Below are positions 55,396 through 64,000 of a stretch of 64,000 bases of DNA, one piece after another; the first letter of the stretch is position 1, and every line of letters begins with the position of its first letter. Position numbers and translations under genes: made by a program. Source of the DNA: Candidatus Poribacteria bacterium. GTDB lineage: Bacteria; Poribacteria; WGA-4E; PCPOR2b. The notes under the pieces were generated by a model. It saw only the letters and a program-made list of their open reading frames with translations, was not told the DNA's origin and searched no databases. Location: NCBI GenBank assembly GCA_965220385.1, contig OZ244825.1:212769-276768 (forward strand), given 5' to 3'.

Positions 55396-55938
55396 TTATC
55401 TCCCCATAAGGTTTCCCAATATATCCCGCAATTTCTTTTTTGCCCGAAACATATTTGATTTCACGGTGCCGACAGGCTGATTTAGCGTTTCCGCAATTTC
55501 CTCAAAACTTAATTCGTTTATTTCCCGCATAATCACGACCGTGCGAAAATGGAGAGGGAGTTGGGCGATTGCCTGTTGAACCAATTGTTGACGTTCCTGC
55601 CTCATATAGAGTTCTTCCGGCGATAGATCTGACGAGTCAGACGCCGTACCCTGATGCTGATGGTGAACCAATGTTTCAATTTCTTCAGTATCTCCCGTCG
55701 TTAACGGCACTTGAAATCTACGCCGGCGCAATAGGTCAATACATAAATTATTGGCGCATTTGAGCAGCCACGAATGGATTGTCTTGAGGCGTAATTCAGC
55801 GTTGGAATGCCACGCTTTGATGAAAGTCTCCTGAGTCACGTCCTTTGCGTCATCTGGGTTATTGAGCAGGTACAGTGCGTGTTGATAGACCTGTGCTTGG
55901 TACTGCTTGACGAGATCAAGAAATACCTCCTCTGGCAT
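55396..55938 (-). CDS. ECF RNA polymerase sigma factor
   Basis: DAKDVTQETF, SWLL..ANN.CID.LRR, EIAE.L..PVGTVKS..FRA. Confidence 0.95.
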   Translation of the reverse strand: MPEEVFLDLVKQYQAQVYQHALYLLNNPDDAKDVTQETFIKAWHSNAELRLKTIHSWLLKCANNLCIDLLRRRRFQVPLTTGDTEEIETLVHHQHQGTASDSSDLSPEELYMRQERQQLVQQAIAQLPLHFRTVVIMREINELSFEEIAETLNQPVGTVKSNMFRAKKKLRDILGNLMGR

Positions 55939-55976
55939 ATCGTGACTCCATGAGCTTTCGTTGAAGCTACTCTTAT

Positions 55977-56002
55977 TACGAATGCCACAATGAAAAGTTG
56001 TA
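55977..56002 (-). promoter_or_regulatory. Candidate ECF autoregulatory promoter
   Basis: TACAAC-N16-CGTA, resembling the SigW-type TGAAAC-N16-CGTA. Confidence 0.55.
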
Positions 56003-56175
56003 TCGGAATCGTGCCTTTTGGACGTATTGTGGCTTTGTACGTTTTCTATTTCGGGTTGCCTTTACTACGAATGACGCAGCGAAAAGTTGCATTAAAGTTT
56101 GAACAATTAGCAAATTGCGAGATGTGGTGGTCTGAGCGAAAAGACGTATCAACATTCCAAAGACAGAAAACCTTC

Positions 56176-56204
56176 TTGACAATTATTTGCCATCATACTA
56201 TACT
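56176..56204 (+). promoter_or_regulatory. Sigma70 promoter of the epimerase-pckA operon
   Basis: TTGACA-17-TATACT. Confidence 0.7.
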
Positions 56205-56301
56205 TAGCCCAAAACAACAATCGGTCAGAAATTTACAACTTCCTTGATGTAATCGGGACGCAATTAAGCGAACATGCTAATAAAAACTTTGCAGCCATTT
56301 T

Positions 56302-57309
56302 ATGAATATCCAACATTATATCACCGACCTCAAACTTGTCTACCCCTTCAAGATTGCCCGACGAGCCGTCGATGAATTCCGTCAAGTGATTTCTGTGGAG
56401 ATTGATGGCGGACTTGGTGAGACGGCTCCCGCGCGTTTCTACGGCGAAACCGTCGAAACGGTTCAGGTCGCATTTGACATCCTTGATGGGGGTCTTGATG
56501 GAAATCTTGACCCCATTGAAAGCGTGATGTCGGAGCTTGAATCGGTTCTCGGACGTAACTACGCTGCAAAGTCCGCGATTGACATGGCGCTGCACGACCG
56601 GCTTGGGAAGAAGTTAGACGCGCCGCTCTATCAGCTCTGGGGACTCGATCCGAAGGCGACGCCGCTAACGACATTCACAATTGGAATTGATGAGCCAGAG
56701 ATCATGCAGCAAAAGGTGCGTGAAGCGGAGCCCTATCCCCTCCTCAAGGTGAAACTTGGCACCGACCGTGATTTAGAGCTCATCCGCGCGCTCCGTGAGG
56801 TCACGGATAAGCCGATCTATGTGGATGCCAATACAGCATGGACCCCCAAAGAGGCGGTTCGTATGATTCGTCAGCTTGCCCCTTACGGTGTCGAACTGAT
56901 CGAGCAACCCACAAAGCCGGACGATCTGGAGGGACTAAAGTTTGTCCGCGAGCACTCAGAGCTCCCGATTTTCGCCGATGAAAGTGTGAAACGTGCCGCC
57001 GATATACCTTCGTTGGTCGGCTGCGTTGATGGTATCAATATTAAGTTGGTCAAATGCGGTGGCTTGCTCGAAGCGATGCGCATCATTCACATTGCGCGAG
57101 CGCATGGGCTGCAAGTGATGATTGGTTGTATGATTGAAAGCTCCCTCGGCATTACAGCAGCAGCACATCTCACACCGCTTGTGGATTACGCAGATCTGGA
57201 CGGGCATCTACTGGTTGCGAATGATCCATATCGCGGCGTAACACTTGAAAAAGGCAAACTCATTTTGCCCGATCTGCCCGGAATTGGGGTCGTTCCAGTT
57301 GAAAATTAG
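56302..57309 (+). CDS. Dipeptide epimerase (L-Ala-D/L-Glu epimerase, enolase superfamily)
   Basis: KVK, VDAN, EQP, DES, NIKLVKCGG, DLDG. Confidence 0.9.
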   Translation: MNIQHYITDLKLVYPFKIARRAVDEFRQVISVEIDGGLGETAPARFYGETVETVQVAFDILDGGLDGNLDPIESVMSELESVLGRNYAAKSAIDMALHDRLGKKLDAPLYQLWGLDPKATPLTTFTIGIDEPEIMQQKVREAEPYPLLKVKLGTDRDLELIRALREVTDKPIYVDANTAWTPKEAVRMIRQLAPYGVELIEQPTKPDDLEGLKFVREHSELPIFADESVKRAADIPSLVGCVDGINIKLVKCGGLLEAMRIIHIARAHGLQVMIGCMIESSLGITAAAHLTPLVDYADLDGHLLVANDPYRGVTLEKGKLILPDLPGIGVVPVEN

Positions 57310-57360
57310 GAGAAATCTGCGTCATCTGTTTAATGCACGATCAGCTTTCAGGAGAACTGC

Positions 57361-58944
57361 ATGAGCAAAGCCCAGTTATTGAGAGACCATAAAATCGGAA
57401 ACATTGATAATTTATATTGGAATTTATCAACACCCACCCTATATGAAGAAGCCCTCAAACGGGGCGAAGGGCTAATTGCTCAATTTGGTCCTTTCATCGT
57501 CGAAACAGGCCCCCACACAGGCCGTTCACCCAACGACAAATTCATCGTTGAACAATCGTCAAGCCGAGATAAAATCTCGTGGGGCAAAATCAACCGTCCC
57601 ATCTCCGAAGAGCACTTCGATCGCGTGTATAATCACATGCTGACCTACATTCAGCGACGTGATGTCTTCGTTCAAGATTGCTACGCCGGCGCCGATCCAC
57701 AGCATCGCATTGCCGTTCGTGCCATCACTGAGTATGCGTGGCACAGCCTGTTCACCCAAAGCCTCCTCATTCCCGCCAACAAGTTGTCTCCAGACCGTTC
57801 ACCCGATTTTACAATTATTGATTTCCCGGGGCTTCATGCCAATCCTGAGTTACACGGCACCAACTCAGCAACCTTTATCCTTATAAATTTTGAACGGAAT
57901 CTGGTGCTTATTGGTGGAACAAAGTATGCCGGAGAGATAAAAAAATCGGCTTTCACATACCTTAACTACCTATTGCCGGGTCAGGGAGTGCTGCCGATGC
58001 ACTGCTCCGCGAACCTGGGACCCGATGGGGATGTCGCCCTTTTCTTCGGGCTGTCCGGAACGGGCAAAACAACGCTCTCCTCCGCGGCAGACAGGAGTCT
58101 CATCGGTGATGACGAACACGGCTGGAGCGATCGCGGCGTTTTCAACTTTGAGGGCGGTTGTTACGCAAAGACAATTAACCTGTCCAAAGAGGCGGAACCG
58201 GAGATTTACGCCTGTACCCATAAGTTCGGAACGGTGCTGGAAAATGTGATTCTCGACCCGGTAACACGCCGAATTGATCTCGATGATGATTCATTAACCG
58301 AAAATACGCGTGCAGGTTACCCAGTGACCCACCTCGATAATATCGTGTCGGAAGGCGTCGGTGGACATCCAAAGAACCTGATTATGCTTACCTGCGATGC
58401 ATTTGGCGTGATGCCTCCGGTCGCTAAACTGACAACCGAACAAGCGATGTACCATTTCCTTTCGGGGTATACCGCGAAGGTCGCCGGCACTGAACAGGGA
58501 CTCGGAGATCGCCCCGAAGCGACCTTCAGCCACTGTTTTGGCGACCCATTTATGCCTTTAGATCCCGCTGTATATGCGGACATGCTTGGCAAAAAGATAA
58601 ATCAACATGGGGTGGATTGCTGGTTAATCAACACCGGGTGGAGCGGCGGTGCCTACGGCGAAGGTTCACGAATGAAAATTGCCTACACCCGTGCCATCGT
58701 TGACGCTGTTTTGAAGGGTAAGTTGTCGGATGTTCCAACAGCGCCGGATCCGATTTTTAGACTCCATGTTCCAACCGCCTGCGAAGGGGTGCCATCTGAA
58801 GTCCTCAAACCGCGTAACACTTGGAAAGATGGTGCGGCTTACGACCGCCAAGCGCGAGAGCTTGCTAAGATGTTTGTGGAAAACTTTGAGCAATTCGCTG
58901 ACAGTGCGACCAAGGCTGTCCGAGCGGCAGGTCCCAAGATCTAA
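57361..58944 (+). CDS. pckA: Phosphoenolpyruvate carboxykinase (ATP)
   Basis: TGRSPNDKF, YAGEIKK, MHCSAN, FFGLSGTGKTT, GDDEHGW, NFEGGCYAK, NTGW. Confidence 0.98.
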   Translation: MSKAQLLRDHKIGNIDNLYWNLSTPTLYEEALKRGEGLIAQFGPFIVETGPHTGRSPNDKFIVEQSSSRDKISWGKINRPISEEHFDRVYNHMLTYIQRRDVFVQDCYAGADPQHRIAVRAITEYAWHSLFTQSLLIPANKLSPDRSPDFTIIDFPGLHANPELHGTNSATFILINFERNLVLIGGTKYAGEIKKSAFTYLNYLLPGQGVLPMHCSANLGPDGDVALFFGLSGTGKTTLSSAADRSLIGDDEHGWSDRGVFNFEGGCYAKTINLSKEAEPEIYACTHKFGTVLENVILDPVTRRIDLDDDSLTENTRAGYPVTHLDNIVSEGVGGHPKNLIMLTCDAFGVMPPVAKLTTEQAMYHFLSGYTAKVAGTEQGLGDRPEATFSHCFGDPFMPLDPAVYADMLGKKINQHGVDCWLINTGWSGGAYGEGSRMKIAYTRAIVDAVLKGKLSDVPTAPDPIFRLHVPTACEGVPSEVLKPRNTWKDGAAYDRQARELAKMFVENFEQFADSATKAVRAAGPKI

Positions 58945-59005
58945 TCGGCTATACAATCTCTGACCCTAGATCTGTTTCACGTATCGGACAGGAAAGGATC
59001 TGAAA

Positions 59006-59716
59006 ATGGCTGAAAAACGATTTGCGGTTGTTACTGGTGGGACCGGTGCGTTAGGAGGGGTCGTTACGGGAGCCCTGCTCAGAGAAGGTTATCAGGTTGC
59101 GGTGCCTTATACCTCCGAACGCAATATCGAGCCATTTGAGCGTCAGATCGGTCCCCTCAAATCTCAAGTAACACTGATTCGTGCAGACCTAACGGTTGAA
59201 ACGGAAGTTCAAAACTTCGTCCAAACCACCTTGGATCAGTTCGGTCAGATCGACATTCTCATAAATACAATCGGTGGCTTTGTCGGCGGCATCCCCGTTG
59301 CCGAGATGCCAGAGGAACGATGGGATTTCATGATGAATCTCAATCTGAAGTCCATTTTTCTCTGCTGTAAAGCGGTTCTGCCACACATGACTGAGCGGAA
59401 GTACGGGAAGATTGTAAACACCTCTGCGCGTGCAGGATTAAGTGGGATCGCTGGATTGGGCGCCTATTCCGTCTCCAAAAACGGTGTGCGAATTCTCACA
59501 GAATCAATCGCAGAGGAAGTGAAAGACGTGGGGATTAACGTCAATTCCCTGCTGGTGAGCATCATCGATACGCCTGCGAACCGCGAAGGGATGCCGGACG
59601 AAGATCACTCCCGTTGGGTCTCGCCCGACGATATCGCCAACGTTATCCTATTCCTTATTTCCGATGCCGCCGCTATCATCAACGGCGCAGCAATTCCTGT
59701 CTACGGCAGAGCGTAA
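59006..59716 (+). CDS. Short-chain dehydrogenase/reductase
   Basis: TGGTGALG, YSVSK, IIDTPANR. Confidence 0.92.
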   Translation: MAEKRFAVVTGGTGALGGVVTGALLREGYQVAVPYTSERNIEPFERQIGPLKSQVTLIRADLTVETEVQNFVQTTLDQFGQIDILINTIGGFVGGIPVAEMPEERWDFMMNLNLKSIFLCCKAVLPHMTERKYGKIVNTSARAGLSGIAGLGAYSVSKNGVRILTESIAEEVKDVGINVNSLLVSIIDTPANREGMPDEDHSRWVSPDDIANVILFLISDAAAIINGAAIPVYGRA

Positions 59717-59735
59717 TTGCCGATAAAGGAGCAAA

Positions 59736-60791
59736 ATGTATCGACAGAAATTTCATCTATGGTTATCCATTTTCTGTATATTGGGTCTGCTGATCTATGG
59801 CTGCGATAATCAAAAAGGTGGGGACAAACAATCGGCCACCCAAGAAGGGACTGCTCAGGAAAGCAAGCCGAAGGAGAAACAGATATGGCTCTCCATCCTC
59901 GGTGGAGCGGTCGGTGGGACGTTTTCACCATTCGCAGGTGGAATTGGTACGGTTGTTTCAAAAGCGGAACCCAGCATCAGGATCTCTGTCGAAGCGTCCG
60001 CCGGCTCCATTGAAAATGTGCGCCGTGTGGACACCGGTGGGGACTATATGGGCGTCGCATTTGCCTCCGATGTCTATCTAGGCTATCATGGCGAGGAGGT
60101 TTTTGCCGAAGAGGGAAAAAAAGAAAATATCCGAGTGGTAACGCTGCTCTATATCGCTTACAATCAATTTGTGACCTTGGCGGGCAGCGATGTACATCAA
60201 TTTGAGGATATTGTCGGGAAGAAAGTGGCGATGGGTGCAGCCGGATCAGGCTCTGCACAGACACTGGAACGCCTCGCGAAAGTTGCAGGAATTCACGGTA
60301 AGTTCGCGCCGGTGTATAAAGGAGGGACAGCAGGAGCGGATGCCCTGCGGGATGGGCAGGTGGCCGGTTTTCAGTGGCTCGTCAATGCGCCCAATTCTGC
60401 CGTCATTTATGTCTCCGAAATCAAATCTGTCCGCCTCATCGACTTCGACGCACCCGCCAAAAAGTACGGATTTTACGAGAAATACCCCTTCTACCTGCCC
60501 GGTCGGCTCCCTGACAAGGCTTACAAAGATGTCCAGCCGGTCAATACATTCCTGATGCCGACAGTCCTCATCGCGCATAAGGATATCAGCGAGGAAACGA
60601 TCTACACCATCCTGAAACATCTTTACGGTCAAGCGGGACATAAAGTTTTGGTGACCACCACCCCCGCCGCGAAAGACATGACACTCGAAAATGCACTGAA
60701 AGCCTTCGTAATCCCGCTCCACCCGGGCGCAGATCGCTTTTGGAAAGAGCAGGGCGTCGAGATCCCAGCAGCAGCGCAACCTGTGGATTAG
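59736..60791 (+). CDS. TAXI-family TRAP substrate-binding lipoprotein
   Basis: LIYGC lipobox; GGTF, S.GS.EN, G..GSG, IPLHPGA. Confidence 0.88.
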   Translation: MYRQKFHLWLSIFCILGLLIYGCDNQKGGDKQSATQEGTAQESKPKEKQIWLSILGGAVGGTFSPFAGGIGTVVSKAEPSIRISVEASAGSIENVRRVDTGGDYMGVAFASDVYLGYHGEEVFAEEGKKENIRVVTLLYIAYNQFVTLAGSDVHQFEDIVGKKVAMGAAGSGSAQTLERLAKVAGIHGKFAPVYKGGTAGADALRDGQVAGFQWLVNAPNSAVIYVSEIKSVRLIDFDAPAKKYGFYEKYPFYLPGRLPDKAYKDVQPVNTFLMPTVLIAHKDISEETIYTILKHLYGQAGHKVLVTTTPAAKDMTLENALKAFVIPLHPGADRFWKEQGVEIPAAAQPVD

Positions 60792-60809
60792 ACCCGCTCA
60801 CCGTCGATT

Positions 60810-61772
60810 CTACCCGCATGTTCGGATGCACGCCAACACCTGGGCGTGCAATTCCCCATTCGTCGCTAAAATTCCACGGTTGTCCGTCATCCGCCTTCCC
60901 TGTGAGAAATCAAGTTTCCGTCCATCGACATCCGTTACCACCCCACCAGCCTCTTCCACCACAATCAGTCCCGCGGCATGATCCCAGATGCACTCACGGT
61001 AGTCCGGCGTCATCGGGTTCGGTAGACGAATATAGACGGACGCTTCGCCCCGCGCAAGTACGCCATACTTCACTTGGCTGTCCATCCGGATCGGCGGTTC
61101 GACAATACCAACCTGTTGAGCGATTTGTGCGTGAGCGTCGAGGTCGCTGTGGCTGGATTCAACGCTCTCTGCAAAGCGATGGGTGGTATGAGAAATGTGA
61201 ACCTCTTCTGAGGATTGCGCATCCAACGATAGCATCCGCGTGCCTACTCCTCTCTGTGCAACGAATAGACAACCGGGTTGTGACCCCGGATCGTCCAATT
61301 TCTGCGTCAGATTCGGGCAGCCCAATAGTCCGAGTTTTACCTCCCCGTCAACTATCAACGCCAGTGCGATGGCGTACTGATCGCCCCGCAAAAATCCTTT
61401 CGTTCCATCAATCGGATCCAACGTCCAAAAGCGTTCTCCCACCTGTCCATTGCCCTGATCGATCCACTCGCGCACCGTTTCAGCTGAAGGCTGCCCTACA
61501 GCAAAGCGGTTGACATACTCAGTTACACGTGCCATCAGTTGCGGGTTTTCTTGCAACGCCTGAGAATCCTCTTCAGCGACAATGATGTCGTCTGGAAATA
61601 CCTCGCGGATCGCTTGACAGATTAGAGCCTGAGATCCAAAATCTGCCACCGTCACCGGGCTTCGATCCGCCTTCTCCACCGCATCCGCCTGCACCATATC
61701 AGCCTGCACCTGCTGACACAGCTGCGCTGCGCTAAATACCGCACTCATTGCAAGCCGTCTCTCTAATATCAT
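60810..61772 (-). CDS. 3'(2'),5'-bisphosphate nucleotidase (HAL2-like inositol monophosphatase family)
   Basis: SPVTVADF, EED, DPIDGTKGF, WDHAAG. Confidence 0.93.
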   Translation of the reverse strand: MILERRLAMSAVFSAAQLCQQVQADMVQADAVEKADRSPVTVADFGSQALICQAIREVFPDDIIVAEEDSQALQENPQLMARVTEYVNRFAVGQPSAETVREWIDQGNGQVGERFWTLDPIDGTKGFLRGDQYAIALALIVDGEVKLGLLGCPNLTQKLDDPGSQPGCLFVAQRGVGTRMLSLDAQSSEEVHISHTTHRFAESVESSHSDLDAHAQIAQQVGIVEPPIRMDSQVKYGVLARGEASVYIRLPNPMTPDYRECIWDHAAGLIVVEEAGGVVTDVDGRKLDFSQGRRMTDNRGILATNGELHAQVLACIRTCG

Positions 61773-61925
61773 AGGATTACAACCTGATATTTGGTTTTTT
61801 TCCTCACGCCAAAAGAAAATGCAAAGTGCGAAGAATGTGACATGCGAAAAATGAACTAATGAACTGATGAACCAATGAACTAAATCGGCTTCTATTGCAC
61901 GATTTCTTAACGTGGGCAAATTCTC

Positions 61926-63482
61926 TTAACCGCCGTATTCAAGGGTGCGACGCAAGATACTCCGATGCCCAAGATTGTTTTCGATATGGTAAATAACAGT
62001 GTACGTCCCCGTTGCAGATCGGAACTGATTGACATCAATAGTAGGGGTGAACCGCAGCACCTCTGACCCGTCGTTTGGGATGTCAAGACGCTGTGAAAAG
62101 GGACCATGACATCGTTCACCCAACGGGTTAAGCACTTTCCACGTGACTTCAAGCCACGTCGGACGCGGATCACGACGGAGGTAAACGACAACCTCATCCG
62201 CCTCCAGTGTGTCTCCGTCGAAACCGAGGACGCCAAGTTCAGAAAGCATTTTGGCTGTCAGTGTCCGCGGGATATGTTCCATATAGCCTCTGCCGGGGAT
62301 CTGCCGCCACACACCGCCTGTTGCCCAAGCGAGTTGCTTTATGGGCAGAAAATTCAGCCCGATCACATCGACACGAACCTCCTGCTGCTGTAGTGTTTCA
62401 ATAACCCCATCTTGGCTATACTCCGATCTGCCGTCGTAGTCTGCATCGTGGAAGGCACCATCGCTCACAAGAACGAAAAATCGTTGAGTGTTGTCTCGAA
62501 ATTTAGTTTTGTTTAGCGCGGCCATCAACGCATCCAGTCCAGATTCGGCGAGATCGCCCCCGCCCTCAAACTTAATCTTATAAAGCCAGTTCTTAAATTT
62601 GCCGTGATTCGTCGTAACCCCCCGAACCTTCGGTCTGTTCTCTGCAGCGTCCGCGAAGGTGACCAAGCCAAAAGCTGTATCGTGCCCTGCGCGTGTAAAG
62701 TGCTCAAACAAGAGGTCGATGTAAGCGCGGATACCACGGACGTTGTCTTCCATGCTCCCTGTCTTGTCGATAACAAAGACTAGATCGACCTCGGTAACGA
62801 TCGCCGCATCTGTCAGATCTCGAGCCAGTTCAGTCATCATCTGGACGTAATTGTCACCCGTAGAGGTCCCCGAAGGAATGCCGCCGCCCGAATTTCCGAT
62901 AGGCATTCCGTCAAGTGTTTCACCGCGTTTTCGTCCAACGCGTAAGGTTGCTACACCGATTTCAGGAGAACTCTCTGATAGATTGCTGTCCCCGTCATTT
63001 ATTTTGATATCCTGATTGGCTGCCAGAGGTGCACCGCTTTCGGACGCTTCTCTCGATACATCTACCGCTGTCACGGGAACCGCTCTGGAATCTGGGCGCG
63101 CTTTTGAGGATAATTCTGGCTGAGAAACAGATTCAACCCTATCCGGCGGGGGAGAGGCATCAACTTTTGACCCAATTGCTTCGCGCTGACTGGTCTTGAG
63201 GGAATCAATCGTCAGCCAATCAGCCGTGGAGGCAGGTTTCGGCTTGGGCGTAGGGGGAGAAACCTCCTGAACAACCTCCACAGGTTCAGGGGGCGGTGAC
63301 TCAACCGGCTTGGGCGGGACAACTACCGGACGTTCAAAATGGGTGATATCGACCTGAACGGTATCATCAAAAAAGGGTAGTTGACGCTGCTCGATCTGTA
63401 ATTGCATCATGATGACTGCAACGATGAGGTGAATGATAAGCGAGTAGATTAAGGCTGGACGGGAACTTCTGCGATGTAACAT
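61926..63482 (-). CDS. Membrane-anchored Pro-rich VWA-domain protein
   Basis: SLIIHL TonB-like anchor, Pro-rich linker, DLVFVIDKTGSM MIDAS, VSDGAFH. Confidence 0.8.
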   Translation of the reverse strand: MLHRRSSRPALIYSLIIHLIVAVIMMQLQIEQRQLPFFDDTVQVDITHFERPVVVPPKPVESPPPEPVEVVQEVSPPTPKPKPASTADWLTIDSLKTSQREAIGSKVDASPPPDRVESVSQPELSSKARPDSRAVPVTAVDVSREASESGAPLAANQDIKINDGDSNLSESSPEIGVATLRVGRKRGETLDGMPIGNSGGGIPSGTSTGDNYVQMMTELARDLTDAAIVTEVDLVFVIDKTGSMEDNVRGIRAYIDLLFEHFTRAGHDTAFGLVTFADAAENRPKVRGVTTNHGKFKNWLYKIKFEGGGDLAESGLDALMAALNKTKFRDNTQRFFVLVSDGAFHDADYDGRSEYSQDGVIETLQQQEVRVDVIGLNFLPIKQLAWATGGVWRQIPGRGYMEHIPRTLTAKMLSELGVLGFDGDTLEADEVVVYLRRDPRPTWLEVTWKVLNPLGERCHGPFSQRLDIPNDGSEVLRFTPTIDVNQFRSATGTYTVIYHIENNLGHRSILRRTLEYGG

Positions 63483-63512
63483 GGGGTCACCTACTCTTGT
63501 GAGTCAGTTAGT

Positions 63513-64000
63513 CTATGAAGCTGATTCCGCAATCCGAATCCCAACATTATGCACCATCTCTATCGGTTCATACGCTGCACGATTTGCGCATCGCGCCGCG
63601 AATTGACCCCGCGGCACCCATGACCCGCCCCGGATGGTCCTGCGCCTGCCCTCGGCTGGGCCGAAGGGATTCTGCGCCGGTGCGTATTTATAAGTCTCCG
63701 GGTGAAACCAATCCATGCACCATTCGTAAACATTACCGCCCATATCGTAGCAGCCATAGGGACTGACACCTTCCGGATAGTTGTCAACGGGTGTTGTTTG
63801 TTTGAGAGCACTTTCCGACGAATTCGTTTTCGATGGATCCCATTCATTCCCCCACGGATACTCTCGCCCATCGGTGCCTCGTGCTGCTTTCTCCCATTCC
63901 GCTTCTGTCGGCAGACGATACGCTTCCCCTGTCAATTGATTAAGATAGCGTAGAAACTCGCGTGCGTCGTACCAACTGACGCCAACCACAGGACGGTCCG
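63513..64000 (-). CDS. FGE-sulfatase (SUMF1/EgtB/PvdO) domain protein, truncated by the window edge
   Basis: PVVGVSWYDA, RLPTEAEWEKAARG, YPWG, DM.GNV.EW, RGGSW. Confidence 0.9.
   Translation of the reverse strand, partial: DRPVVGVSWYDAREFLRYLNQLTGEAYRLPTEAEWEKAARGTDGREYPWGNEWDPSKTNSSESALKQTTPVDNYPEGVSPYGCYDMGGNVYEWCMDWFHPETYKYAPAQNPFGPAEGRRRTIRGGSWVPRGQFAARCANRAAYEPIEMVHNVGIRIAESAS

Noticed and set aside
60740-61513. 257-aa plus-strand ORF
   Set aside because: Antisense shadow of the HAL2-like gene with no motifs; the same applies to 46415-47131, 43732-44442, 25530-26231 and 6939-7553.
1-64000. rRNA, tRNA, prophage or retron/RT genes
   Set aside because: No cloverleaf, rRNA signature, phage structural gene or reverse-transcriptase motif recognised; small RNAs could be missed without covariance searches.

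Overview
64 kb of a diderm bacterium. Repeated PhyH-type dioxygenases, Uma2, DUF6807, FGE-sulfatase, TPR and sugar-ABC genes, plus a rich set of short palindromic repeats, suggest Candidatus Poribacteria or a similar lineage (inference only). Housekeeping genes include menG/ubiE, purE, tsaE, asd, ggt and pckA. Other genes encode a sugar ABC transporter, a PQQ dehydrogenase and an M-S-L molybdenum hydroxylase. No rRNA, tRNA, CRISPR array or prophage was recognised. Main accessory features: (1) a cassette splitting the ABC operon, with a tandem cytochrome P460-like lipoprotein and a Met-Asp-Asp-Gly repeat lipoprotein, bracketed by two IS200/IS605-like right ends, one of which resembles an orphan TnpB omega-RNA behind its own promoter; (2) an R-M locus with a fused double N4C-type methyltransferase (N-terminal RHH-like segment, perfect palindrome inside its promoter) and a zinc-rich HNH nuclease; (3) an ECF sigma / zinc anti-sigma / 3x DUF4252 / DUF4252-POTRA-Omp85 fusion operon; (4) an IS630 abutting two cognate MITE copies; (5) a nested set of TA-flanked MITEs, GTAG-type REPs and a CCCGAT-N2-3-ATCGGG micro-hairpin that also sits in frame inside a glycosyltransferase. 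All family assignments come from motif recognition by eye; no database searches were run.
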